The notes below the pieces were generated by a model, which saw only the letters and a program-made list of their open reading frames with translations, did no database searches and was not told the origin of the DNA. A program made the position numbers and the translations under genes. DNA of 64,000 bases from Bigelowiella natans CCMP2755 (lineage: Eukaryota > Protista > Cercozoa), in assembly GCA_000320545.1 (NCBI GenBank), contig ADNK01000266.1:94593-158592 (forward strand), written 5' to 3'. Position 1 is the stretch's first letter, and every line of letters begins with the position of its first letter. Positions 40,318 to 52,599 of the stretch are shown here, in pieces.

Positions 40318-40977
40318 CTAAGCGATGCTTTTGTCATTCTTCCAACCACAATGGAACGCACCAAATTTTTCTATAAGCTGCGCTTCACTGGGGAGGGTAT
40401 CAATGTGAAACGTTTCCTCCCAAGTTCTCAACTTTTTATTCTCAAAAGTCTTGGTGCAGCGGTTGAGGATCCATTTTTGGGTATCATCTTCCCCCTCGCC
40501 CTTCTTTTTGATGTAGGTTCCGATCAAGCCCAACTCTTTGGCGTCGCGAACACCTCGGCATCCTCATTGATCTTTGTACGAAATGATATCGTTCCCATTT
40601 CAAAGGCAAAGCAGCAGCCCATTTCCGTTCAATCTCTCTTGATATACTTCGAGAAATCCAGATCCATTCTCCTTCTCCGTGCAAGTGTACGAGACCAGCT
40701 GCGCCTCTCAAGGTTTGCCAAATAGACCGAATTCCTTGACCTTTGCAGCCCACGATGCAAGGGACCCCTTGACGTCCACAGAGCAGCAGCAACAGCAGGT
40801 GTTGCAACAATTTACGGGACAAGGCCAGGTCTCACAAAGGAAACCAACTGGGCAGGGAATGTAGGATCCGCATGGGACGTAATCATAATCGTCAATGAAA
40901 TGAATGGGCGACCAACGATCCTTATCCCTCATGTCAGCTTTAGGAGAAGTGTTCGCGTAGATCTTACGAGCCACGGC
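40318..40977 (-). CDS. Cys-rich uncharacterised protein with three in-frame TGA codons (candidate multi-Sec selenoprotein; alternatively a pseudogene)
   Basis: One continuous frame of 219 codons from a TAG/acceptor at 40978 (first ATG 40932) to TAG at 40318, interrupted only by TGA at 40708-10, 40600-02 and 40564-66. It joins track ORFs 40708..40974 and 40318..40533. Confidence 0.55.
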
Positions 40978-41526
40978 CTACATTTTCACAGTTGGGCGTC
41001 AAAGTTGTGGGCTTCAGCGGGCGCTCGGACGGTCGTCTTGACCAACTCACGATTTTCTACGAGGGCGACGATAATGACCTACCAGAATCTTTGGAGATGA
41101 ACATGGAAGTTGGCGGCCAACTCTCAGGGATGACGGTTGAGATGCCCGAAGCCAATGTCTTTACGGAGGTTCAAGGACGCTCAGAACGTGCGAAAGAACG
41201 AACGATAGCGTGTCAAACTCTCCATAATCTACCGTCCACCGAAACATCCCCGGCAATAGATACTGTTGACATTTCACAGAGGATTGCAAGCCGGGGAGAG
41301 GGCAGGGCTGGCAATGCGAGCTCCATCCCCTCCAGTACCCTCTCCGATTCTTGAATAATTTTGATGAAATCGCCCTCCCGACGTTTCTTGACATCCGACA
41401 ACTTGCCCTCTCCACCATGACGGACTCCGTTGATAACAATGGCACAAATTCTTTTGCCACCACCAACCTCAACTACGGCCAACTGAATCGTGTCTCCGAT
41501 TATTTGAAATCGACATTATGAGACAT
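40978..41526. pseudogene. Rearranged jacalin-like lectin sequence: N-half on minus strand (41526 to about 41340), C-half on plus strand (about 40980 to 41200)
   Basis: Minus: (MSHNVDF)..IIGDTIQLAVVEVGGGKRICAIVINGVRHGGEG...EGDFIKII. Plus: PTFSQLGVKVVGFSGRSDGRLDQLTIFY. These match the HGG.G and GF.GRS...LD.L signatures of jacalin beta-prism domains. Confidence 0.55.
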
Positions 41527-42211
41527 GCTACTATAGATCTACTGCGCCCGTTTTTATTTTGTTATTATTTACCGCGGCGACAAGCGACAAGGAATGATTA
41601 TATAGCCTTGTCGTAAGCAAAAAGTGAAGTGCAGACACTCGAAATGCATGTGGATGCCCGCATCGCATTGCGAGACGTGACAGATTTGCAAAATTGCGAT
41701 GGATTTCCAGGACGTGGCATCACGAGCTGAACAATTTCTCTATGAAGTTTACGTATTTTCTTCCAAAAAAACAATTGCCAGAATTATGGGAGACGTTTTC
41801 TGCTTTCTGTAAGTTAAGACAATTGATCAGTGAGACATTTCCCTAGAGATTCTTTCCTGTGAAAATATTATGATTGTCGGTTGAAAATTTAACAGAAATT
41901 GAAGGGGTTTTCCCGTTAGCAGTGACTTGGAGAGTGCATCGTCATGCTGCGTATTTCCTTGGCTGATCCGATGAACAACGTGTATGATCGTAGTAGACTA
42001 TGGGCCACAACGTCAAGAGGATGTTTTACAAATTACAGAAGCGACAAAGAAAAATGCCTAAATTATCCTAGAAATGAAGGAGATTTAATAGATTTAGAAA
42101 AATTTACTACTCAGTTGCTGTACCGCACTCTAATTTACCCGCCACTAAAGCCACCCAGAGCCACAACCAGAGCTACAACCCAAAGTCACAACCAAACCCT
42201 TTCTTACAAAC

Positions 42212-42353
42212 ATGGGTGTGAGAAGAAGAAGAAGAAGAAGAAGGCCACTCGTGTTGTTGATCATGAGTTTGGAATTAATATCTACCATGTCCGAACGAAG
42301 ACTCTGCGCCTCGTCCAATAGTTTGCCAAACCCAATAAAATTCCTTCTGGATG

Positions 42354-42384
<31 letters not shown>

Positions 42385-43679
42385 TCTGAAAAAGAGGAGG
42401 AGGCACACTGTGCATTGGCGTCATCTGAGAAAAGTGAGAACTCGGGATACACCCTCAACTTATGTAGAAAGATGCAATTTACGTAAGCAGCCTTCGATGT
42501 CCAGGAGGAAATTGATGTCAATGGGGCTTGTACACTCTGCAGCAACTTACATGGCCTTCCTGGGAACTAGAATGGCGCTCGGGACTGAAGACAAAACTCA
42601 GCTTGGAACTCTCATTGAATCCCCTCTTCTATCAGGATCTTACTATTCTGGCAATGGACCGTTTGGAGTGCAGACTTTCCAGGAAATGATTCGGTGTAAA
42701 ATTGATCCACCTCCTCTTCCTAAACGACATCATTTTAGCAGGGGTGGTTCTTCCGAAAAGGCAGGTATTGACAGTGGTGTAATGAATAAATGAAATTTTG
42801 AAATCAATAATTATGTACTGGAAGATAGTAGTAGCATATCTTAGGCATACATTCTAAATTGATCAACTGAATAATATTATTTGGTACTGCCACGATAATT
42901 TAAGTAGGAGGAGGAGGAGGAGACATCGTTCACCACATATGGACACGTGTAATGTTAACTCTCCCTCAGAGAAAGAGGTATTTATAACGATTAGTAATTT
43001 TATGCTTGTTTATATAGTATTATCATTACTCCTTCCATTGTTCTCATAATAGTTTTTATGTTTTTATGTAAAAGAGATGGTACTGAGCCGACTGACTACT
43101 CTCATTTAAAGCTATGTTGATTTCCTTATTATTACCCAATATCCTCCTATTATTCTTATTATTATAATCATTGTTGTCACTACTATTATTCAGTATGCAT
43201 CCAGCAATGAGAGGGCACAAGTTCCCTGTGGTTGTAATTGCACCAGGATTTCTACTGAAAGCTACTCAGTACCAGACGTACGCCAAGAAATTAGGTAATA
43301 AATTTGTATTACTACTACTGTACATGTGAGCTGAGCATGCTACAGTAGATGAGCATCACTACTAGCATGCTACACACTCCTCCCCAAGATAATTGAGGCT
43401 GGTGCGCCGTTGTTTCATTTGATTTAGTTTAATATTGTGATTATTACGTTTACACTAAATAATAACAGCCTCCTTTGGGTACGTCGTGGTTTGTTATGAT
43501 ATCCCATCGGAAACAATTGGGTGCGGTAGTATTAGTAGTAGTAGTAGTATTAGTAGTCGTGGTGGTGGTGGTGTATCAGTTGTTATGTTTTGCTCCATGA
43601 CTGCTGCTTAAACTACTACTTGCATTGTAGTAGAAACAACAACAACAACAACAATAAAGCTTTGAAGAACGTACCCCTG

Positions 43680-43729
<50 letters not shown>

Positions 43730-43750
43730 CTTTCTCTCTCTCCCCGTTCG

Positions 43751-43823
<73 letters not shown>

Positions 43824-44307
43824 TGTGTAATGCAGCATACCTGAAGCAGTTGCGTAACCACAGTTAGTGTGATATCATCATCTATTTGACCTAATTATTA
43901 GTCGCACTCTTGACGATGTGAACCACTACCGTCTTATTCCTCAGGTGTGAGACCAATCATTATCTAATGCCGTGTGTGCTTATATTCTATATTGAGTGCA
44001 TTCAACATGGCGCTCGTACTTCTCATATTTAGTCACATTTGTTGTCCCATAATTTCTTAGATTTTAAACTTCATTGAGAAGAACAACCAAGGATTCTCTG
44101 GATCTTTCAGAAGAAAGATAACCCCTTTTCACACTAGTTGCAACACCAACGATGATACTGCTAGGGGGGGGGGAGAATGCCTTGATTCAGGTGACCGTGC
44201 TGATTCTTCCTATTGAAAGCAAAGGAAGCATGAGTAGATTTGATCGTTGTCATCGTGGTGGTAGTAGTGGTGGTAGTGGTGGTTGTGGGGGCCACCAAAT
44301 AGTCGTA

Positions 44308-44338
<31 letters not shown>

Positions 44339-44959
44339 GCACTGCCATCTTGTGCATGATCTTCTACCACTACCTACACTTTTATCTGAAAAGGCCGAAG
44401 GAAGGTGGTGGTTCCCAAACCAAATCACGTTGATGCAGCAATAATGCCACTAGGTACTTCTACCCGCAAGAAGATGACGACGATAAAAGCATTGAATGTT
44501 CTTCCGATGACATGTCTATTCGATGGTGTGGAAATATCATCAATCATCATTATTCTTGTAGTAATAGCTGTAGTAATGAGGACCCACACTCCTCTCCTTA
44601 CGTGCGGTGAAAAAGCACACTACTCATCTCTTCTATATGTGTGACAAAGAAACAAATAAACAAGTAGGCCCAGAGCTGGAAGATGATGAAATATCTCCAT
44701 TTACCAGTGAGTTCGGTCTCCCATCACCGAGACCTGCTCTCACATTTGAAACATCCAAAGACCTCAACCTTGCAGGTAGTAGTGGCCCAGCAGGTGGTGT
44801 ATTGTCAATTGGTGGTATAAGCTCGATAGGATAATAGACTCTCACCCTTCACCAAGCAGTTGATATACACTATAGTAAATTAAGAATGGCGATGTGGTTG
44901 TGGATTGTGGTGATGATGACGAAAATTGTGTGTTGTTTTGGGGGTGGGGGCGCTGTTCT

Positions 44960-44994
<35 letters not shown>

Positions 44995-45156
44995 TCACTA
45001 TTTAGACACTAGTCGCGTAATGCTTGCTGGCCATTCTAGAGGAGGGTATGTTACGAGAAGGAGGAGGAGGAGGAGGAGGAGGAGGAGGAGGCCATTTTGA
45101 GAAAGAACAACGCTTGATGATGATGATGATAATGATGATGATATAATGGCAAGAAG

Positions 45157-45191
<35 letters not shown>

Positions 45192-45673
45192 GATGAAAGA
45201 ATTTACGGCGTCGGCATTACAAGTATTATCATTACTTGTTTGTAGGAAACTTGCAGTGTTAGCTTCTGAGGAGGACCATAGGGTAACTACAACAACAACA
45301 ACAACAACAAAATTTTCGTCGTCTTCTTCCATATTTTCATCATCATCACTAGCATCGTCATCATCATCGTTGCATGATGGTGATATAGTACTGCTCTCTC
45401 ATCACTTAGGTGAAATCTCTATTTTTAATTGACCCCGTTGATAATACGATCTATGCACCAGTGTCAGAAAGGTGAGAATAATAACAAGAATAAGAGGAGG
45501 AGGAGGCGGCGAGAGGAGATAGGTGTTGCTGATGATAGCATGCTCGATGATACAGGTTCCCTTCAGCAGTAGCTTCACTCAAACGTCGTAAAGGCATTCA
45601 ATTGCCGGTTGTTGATAGTTTATTGATAAGATAGATTTGGTCTTTAGAAGAGGAATAAGAAGAAGCAGAGGCT

Positions 45674-45713
<40 letters not shown>

Positions 45714-45879
45714 AAACATTAGGTTGAGGGAAGGAGAAACAACATAATCACGATCACGATAAAATAGACAAAGAGGGCGATCGTCAACTTACACAACAGT
45801 AGTAAGTAGTCGGGTAGAATACGCAACTACATAGGGCTGTCTGGATTTTGAAAACAACATCAAAACTAAAAAAGAATTG

Positions 45880-45935
<56 letters not shown>

Positions 45936-46890
45936 CTTCATATGCTTCATGTATTTGATGATGAGAGTTGCTCTAATAGATCTAAAATACTTCTGTATTA
46001 CTACCAATACTTTGATGTTTGCGTGTATTAGGTCGCTGTTGTAGGCGCTGGAAGAGGACATGATTGTGCTCCTAAAAACTCAAATTTTGAAGAGTTCTTC
46101 CATGCAGCGCCAGGGGACCGCATGCAAGTTGTTATGCCAGCAGCAGGGCACTTTGAATTTCTTTCAGATTTGACCGATCTAGAGGTGAAAATGGGAAGCA
46201 AACGAGAATCATGTGATGATGACGATTACGATGCCAATGCCTGGAGAACCAAACAAAGAGAAATAGGAACATAATATATTTCACAATACTTCTCTTCTTC
46301 GTCTATCAATAGCTGCTGCTGACAAATGGTTGAGTTGTCATTAATGTTTTGCAATGAGTCATCATCACCATCATCATCATCATCATCATCCCATCATTTA
46401 TATTTATCTACAATCTTTCCATTGTGATAAAGAGAAATCTCTGTGATAAAGGCCAAATTCCTGATGTGTCTGTGAAAGAGGTTGATAATAGAGAGGGGGT
46501 GGGGTGTAGTGTGGATGGTAATAGCACTTGTACTAGTGCTTGAATCATCATATCGACTACTTTGTAGCAGCACCAAGTAACAATATGCACGAATAATTGA
46601 ATATGATGCATTTGCCCTCTTCCTCTATTATTGTTATTATTGTTATTATCTATTATTAATTATTATTATTGTTAATTATTATCAGGTGACAGCTACAGCG
46701 TTGGCCTTATGGGCTGATTCGACTCTCTACCGAAGAACACCTGGATGGAGCATAACGTGCTACTACTACTACTACTACTACTACTACTCTTGTTTCGAAA
46801 TATGACTATAAGATAACAATAACAACAACAACACAAGTCCGTTTGCTTCTACGCTCAATATCAGCACTAGTGCATGATTTCTGATCGGAC

Positions 46891-46928
<38 letters not shown>

Positions 46929-47848
46929 CCACAAGTACACATGGTACACACAACACATATAGAAAATAATAATGGTGTGTTTTGATTAGTGAAGCAAGTC
47001 CTGTTCTAAGTCAAGCCAAAATAAACGCATTGCATAAGGAATTATGGCCTGTGGTGCAGAAGGTAGCAGCTGCTTGTTAGAGTAAATAACGTGTTTATTA
47101 GCCCTGCTGCTGCCGCTGCTGTTGCGTACACGAGGGCGATCAAACGATGATGGAGATATGTCAATGTTATTTTGCTATATATAATATAAAAAGAATAATA
47201 ATGGTGCAGGGCACAGCAATATTCCGTCAGTAGTAAGTATGGCTAGTTTTAACAACAAAAGAACCCCAACCGTGGTTGTGTTGTGTAGGTCGCAACAATG
47301 ATGCCTCATATCAGAACCAGCAGCAGCAGCAATGGGCTGCTAGCAAGTGTTGCGAGCAAAAACGAAGGAGAGAGAGCCAGAAGAAAGGTGTACTGTATAT
47401 ATTGACAGATAGACGACTAAAGGAGGAGATTGTAAGTTAATATCTTATGACTTTAGCATTTGAATCAATGTTCCCAAGGTAACGACGAATGGTCTCAACA
47501 ACGGAGCGAATGACGCTGAAGCGATCCTAGCAGAGTTAGCTATGGTAGTATCATCGATGTATGTATGTATGTATATATGTATGTATCTATAGTATCATCG
47601 ATGTATGTATGTATATATGTATGTATCTATGTGTTACTATGTGCTTTATCTATCATCCTGATGATGATGATGATGATGATAACGATGATGATGACGATGA
47701 TAAGGAGGAGGTGGAGGGTGCTTATGACAATCATCCAGAAGAATGTGATGGCTAAATACACTCGTGATTCTCTCTTCCTTTTCAACTTATATATATATAT
47801 ATATATAAGGTGAATTCTCAAGGTATCACCTACAGGAAATCGCTTTGA
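42212..47848 (+). CDS. Chlorophyllase-family alpha/beta hydrolase with long N-terminal targeting sequence
   Basis: Exons give VPCVVIAPGFLLKATQYQTYAKKL|ASFGYVVVCYD, DTSRVMLAGHSRG|GKLA (nucleophile Ser), SLFLIDPVD, VVGAGRGHDCAPKNSNFEEFF...AGHFEFL (catalytic His), LCDKG. Exons 3' of about 46750 and the stop codon are uncertain. Confidence 0.85.
43684..43820. repeat. Compound intronic microsatellite (TC)n-(TA)n-(TG)n, representative of dozens in the window
   Basis: Read directly. Similar arrays occur at 2722-2778, 3978-4070, 5390-5448, 5576-5656, 11441-11484, 19217-19300, 21501-21568 and 59830-59880. Confidence 0.95.
47545..47630 (+). repeat. Tandem duplication of an about 40-bp unit (tagtatcatcgatgtatgtatgtatatatgtatgtatcta) at an intron 5' end
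   Basis: Two adjacent near-identical copies that differ by one gtat unit. Confidence 0.8.
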
Positions 47849-48149
47849 AGAATAAGTTATGTTAATATAAAAGCTCTATAGTATTATTCATGTCAGCTCA
47901 ACTCAATTAAGTGTAGTAAGGAGGAAAGAGGTATATATACCTCCATCAGTGTATTAAATACCATTATTTATATTTAGCTATGGAATCATCATAGAAGTAC
48001 AGTATCACCATCGAGTGCAGAAGCAGAATGAGCAGATAACCTTCCTCGAATCAAAAAACAGTGTTGAGCCTTCCACAATCAATTTAAACCTATGAAGTAT
48101 CAATGTACATATTTACTCATCATCACCTAATTCGTGCAGAGAGTTTAAA

Positions 48150-48660
48150 TCTCATTATCTTGCTAGCTTGTTTCGGCAATGTACGCCATATGGAACGTGT
48201 TTCAGCACAGCTCCGGATACGACGTTCTGAGTATACGCACAAAGGACGGCAAGATGCAGGATGCATGTTGTTTCTACGATGCATTCATGTTCTAGTGTTG
48301 CTTGCACAGCTGACATTCAAGGCAGCAGATACTACTAGATGTAGTCGCAATGAGCGCCACAGACCGCATGTGAAAGCAAGCATTATAGACATGTAATACG
48401 ATATATATATTATATATCATATTACTGTGTCTATTATAAGCCACGCTAGCTAGCTAGGCTGGTCGAGTGGGCTGCATGTAGCTGACATGTGTGCTTTGCA
48501 ACGCACTGCGTGCAATGATAGTGCGATGATGCGCAGTCGCCAAGCGATGTATAGCCGCGTCGAAAGCCCCTGTTCGCATGATACTCGACGAGACAAGAGA
48601 CTAGTAGTGCACTAGTGCATCATCGTAGGAAATTAATTTCTTCTCAGCGAACGACTAGAC
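48150..48660. other. CTAG/CATG-rich convergent spacer 6
   Basis: Lies between chlorophyllase (+) and the TM gene (-), e.g. gctagctagctagg and ctagtagtgcactagtgca. Confidence 0.65.
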
Positions 48661-48692
48661 AAGAAAAATAATGAATGACAGAACCCTCCATT

Positions 48693-49900
48693 TCATGGAC
48701 AAGTATGCTTTTCTTCTATACTGTTACTTTGCATATGAAGGAATGGAGGCTTTAAGGTAGATGTTTGCCATTTGAGTAGATAGTTTTTAATGTTCCTCCA
48801 CACCAATGGAGCGTTATCAGTCTTCACGTCATCATTTAATCTAAATTTTTGGCACCAAATCTCTGCGGAAAGAACCTCTGTCGACATAGGGCCGTATTTA
48901 AGTTCAAGCATTCGTGCGACATCTGTGAGTGATATTGGTGGTTCATCGTCTGGGAAAAAGATACTATATCGCTTAACAAAGTAGTTTTTCTGGGATCCGA
49001 AAAATATCCATTGCAAGATGAGATGCTCCAGAGGATCACCAAAGCAGATATAAATGATTTGGGTGACGAACCAATGAAGTCCTATGTCGCCTCCAGTCTG
49101 CACAGACCATATGATTCCGAGAACAATGAATGCAGGACATCCCAACGCGAATGGTATGACAACTAACCAGCCCGCCTTTTTGCAAGATTGTTCACATTTG
49201 GTACTCCATATACAGCAGCTACACTCCATTGCATGTCGCAGAAGAAACTTAGTTGGGGTTATGGTTGCAAGGATCACAAAACCTCGAAGGACACTATAAC
49301 CCACCGAAGGATTCGTGATTTTTCGAGAAATGGCAAGAGTCATAAAGAAGAGGAAGCTCGTGCAAAGAATGAACCAAATTACACGTTTAATCTTTGAAAA
49401 TGGATGTAGAGAGTCTGCGGCATATAACGACCTATCAGCACAGTATTCAAATTTTGGAGGATTAGGAGGATAGGAGGACGTCACAACTGCCGTATTGATT
49501 GAAGATATTTCCTCTTATATAAAAAGTAGTGTGAGAATGTACCAAATAATAGATTCCTGACGAAGCCTCTCCCAATATGTGCTCTCAAAAGTGCCGTTAG
49601 TTCCTGGAAGGCCATAGAAGATACTTTTCCCAAGCTGTTTTCGGAACTCCATAACGAGATTGTTTGCCTTTGCCTTCGAAACTTCATTTCCCCCCCTATT
49701 TTCATTCGCCTCTGGAAAATCCTTCTTCGGCATACCACAGTGATTATTAGTAGCTGATTTATTAAAAAAACGAAGAATTCTTCTATGCCTTTCCATCCAC
49801 CAACTATTTATCACTCACACTTATCATTGGCCTACCAGATTTGTGAAGAAGAAGTCTTCGTCCTTTTGCTCCATGAGACTGATTTAGTCTTGCGTTCCTC
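48693..49900 (-). CDS. Hypothetical multi-pass membrane protein
   Basis: ...TYWERLRQESII-W-SLYAADSLHPFSKIKRVIWFILCTSFLFF... with about 4 hydrophobic segments and a Cys cluster (ECSCC...C...C). Stop at 48693. The 5' end is unresolved. Confidence 0.7.
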
Positions 49901-50395
49901 TAAAACCTATCATTTACATCCTCCTTTGAACACTCGATGTTCAAAATTTTGCCTCATGGATTATGGAGGGGGGAGCCAGAATCCCAGTACTCCTTGGACT
50001 CCCCTCCTTTTTGCACGTAACGACAACAATGTGTGCATGTCGTCGTATAATTTCAAATGATTTATGATCATTCCTCAAGAATGCCATTCTTTTTATAGAC
50101 TACGACAACATGATATGCATGTCGTCGTAGAGATAAAGTTGATCGTTGCCGCACACTTCTGAAACAGCTTACATCCGCGAACCTCCTCCCTCCTTTTGCG
50201 ACGTTCTCCGCACATATTATAACTCTCGAGGTTAAGGTATCAAGACCAGAGAGTTTGGAGAGTCAGTAATTTCTTTACCCTGTGATTGAGGCATGATTGA
50301 GGCAATAATGTCGCTACACCAGCCCTCTCCTCAGGCAATTTCTGTGTTGTGAATAGGTTAGAGAATAACATTGTACTGCTCGAGAATACTACAAA

Positions 50396-52444
50396 ATGTC
50401 AACAGAGCCGACTATGAAAGAGAATAAATCAGGAATTCCAGCTGCAGAATTCATTGTAAGGAAAGTGTTGATTAAATTTATCTTTCGTAGAATAGTTTTT
50501 CAGTGATGTCTTACGCGGATAGTTCTTCAGTGATTATGTCTTCTACATGCTCATACTTAATGACATAATATGCACGTCATTGAATTCCTTTTTACCAAAT
50601 TGCTGCGTTTGATTGGTGAGTAGACCGACGTAAAAGAATACCTTTCAAAGAAGAAGATCAGCTGTGATGAGTGCGTTCGGAGCCTACACACAATACATAA
50701 GTAAGTAATTCATGCACCACCTGCTGCTAATGCTGCTGCTGTATTCTGCACATGTTGTAGTTGTGGAAGAGCAATGCAATTTTACTAGCATAGATTGAGA
50801 TCATCACACCATATTAGCAGTAGAGTTGTACGGCCGCTTATGCCAAGCAAAGCGGGAGAAATCTTTTTGTGCACGCAGCATGGTTGATAATGAAGAGGAA
50901 AGGAAAACTGGTGGAAGAGAAGAGCATATAATGGAACTTAAGGGGGCAAATTGGGGATGGGGGAAATTATATAAGTTTGCCAATATTAAACAGCCACAAA
51001 TAGAAACTTACGAAAGTCGTTGAAACTCACTCGATGCTGCTTTTCCGTCCTGCAGCAAATACAAATTTTTGGAGCAAAGGCTTCTTCAACAAAAAAAGGT
51101 GATGATGATGATGTTCACAATTATCTAGTCACATAAAATAACTGCAATAAATTATAATTATTATGAGCATTATGGCTGATGATGACTGACAATAATAATT
51201 ATATCCCGATCGTGTCTACTCCAACATCCATAACTCATTTCTACGAACAATTAGGCTCTCCTTCAAAAAATTCCTGACATCAAAAATACCAAAGAATGCG
51301 TGCAGTTTCTACTCAAACGAAAAGAGGTCACACACACCACACACACACACACGTAGTGCACACAGAACATGATAGATTTATTTCATTCTTTCAAGCTTTT
51401 CTTCTTCCAACACGATGAAGTCACTCGGCAGCACATTATTTTGTGAATCCATACTACTTTCTTGCAAATTTTTGTTCGTGAGAATCGTCTCCGTTAAATT
51501 TCATCTCAAATTCGAGCACTTCTTCTCATGATGTTGTTTGCCGTCGTTCACTCATGAGCGGGTCGTTTGGCAACAACGATTCACTTTCAAAACATTTTGA
51601 CAGCAGATGTATGATACTGATGTTCAAAACGGGTATGTTTAGTGCACAAGAACGATATCTGTATTAATACTTTATATGTCTATAAAATATTTTTTATATG
51701 CACGTAGGCGTGTATAAATTATACATTCAATTGAAATCAAATTTTGCAACTTTTAAATTAGTCTGAAGACGAGAAATTCGAAGCACATTATCAGCTGGTG
51801 AGATTTTATAATAACCACTGAATCGCCAACTAAACTGAGAATTACATGTACTAAATTATTTATTTCTTCCATTTCCTCCATTGTAGTCGGACAACTTATA
51901 CGCAAAGGCTACCGTAGATGCTACCTTGAACAAAGTCTATCTTTGGCTTGGGGTAAGTCATCAACAGAATGAGAAGAATAAGCTATTAGTCGTCACAAAT
52001 GTTTTTATCTTCTTCTAAAGTTGATACATCTCCACTTTTGTTGAGAGATAAAATACATCTTTTAGGCAAATGTGATGCTGGAGTATAACTATGAGGACGC
52101 CTATGCTTTACTATCGAAGAATCTGAAGGTGTTTGACCTTGAAAATACCAATTTCGTTGGAGTTTTTACAGATGTCGTCGTTCACTAAAGCTACAATGTC
52201 AAACAGAGATTGCTAATCGAGAGAAACATGTTGTTGTGGTCAGAGTGCCGAAGTTCAATCCAAAAATATCACTGATGATCTCATGTTCCTGAAGGATCAA
52301 ATAACAATCTCAGAGGTATATATAATAGTAGGCCATTCATAGCCGCACAATATTGCTCAACATCTGCAATTTTAGGTCAACATAGCCCGGATGCACAACC
52401 ATGGAGTAAACCTGCGAAAGGCAGCTAGAGGAGGAACCCAGTAG
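50396..52444 (+). CDS. PFDN3: Prefoldin subunit 3 (VBP1/Gim2), 9 exons
   Basis: SGIPAAEFI|TDV..., KYKFLEQRL, KIPDIKNT, YQL|SDNLYAKA...KVYLWLG|ANVMLEY...LL.KNL, DLMFLKDQITISE|VNIARMHN. Not present in the ORF track because the exons are short. Confidence 0.95.
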
Positions 52445-52599
52445 TAGTAGTAGTAGTAGTAGTAGTAGAGAGAAGTTGGAATGCTTAGTAATTTACGATG
52501 ATCCATATCTGAACATCATCTTTTCTCTTTGCCCACGTGGCTCTAAATTGGGGAGAGGATAAGAACATCATGAAGAATGGAAGGCAATCGAGTAGCATC

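Noticed and set aside
40285-40725. 146-aa plus-strand ORF
   Set aside because: It is the codon-aligned antisense shadow of the minus-strand multi-UGA frame and has no recognisable features.
40318-40977. Genome-wide reassignment of TGA (to Trp or Cys) as the explanation for the in-frame TGAs
   Set aside because: The 3,800-codon dynein exon has no in-frame TGA, and TGA terminates neighbouring genes (e.g. DUF819 at 14381 and the Cys-rich gene at 13572).
52442-52468. Run of tandem TAG stops after PFDN3 as a readthrough safeguard
   Set aside because: (TAG)n is one of the commonest microsatellites in this window, so coincidence is sufficient.
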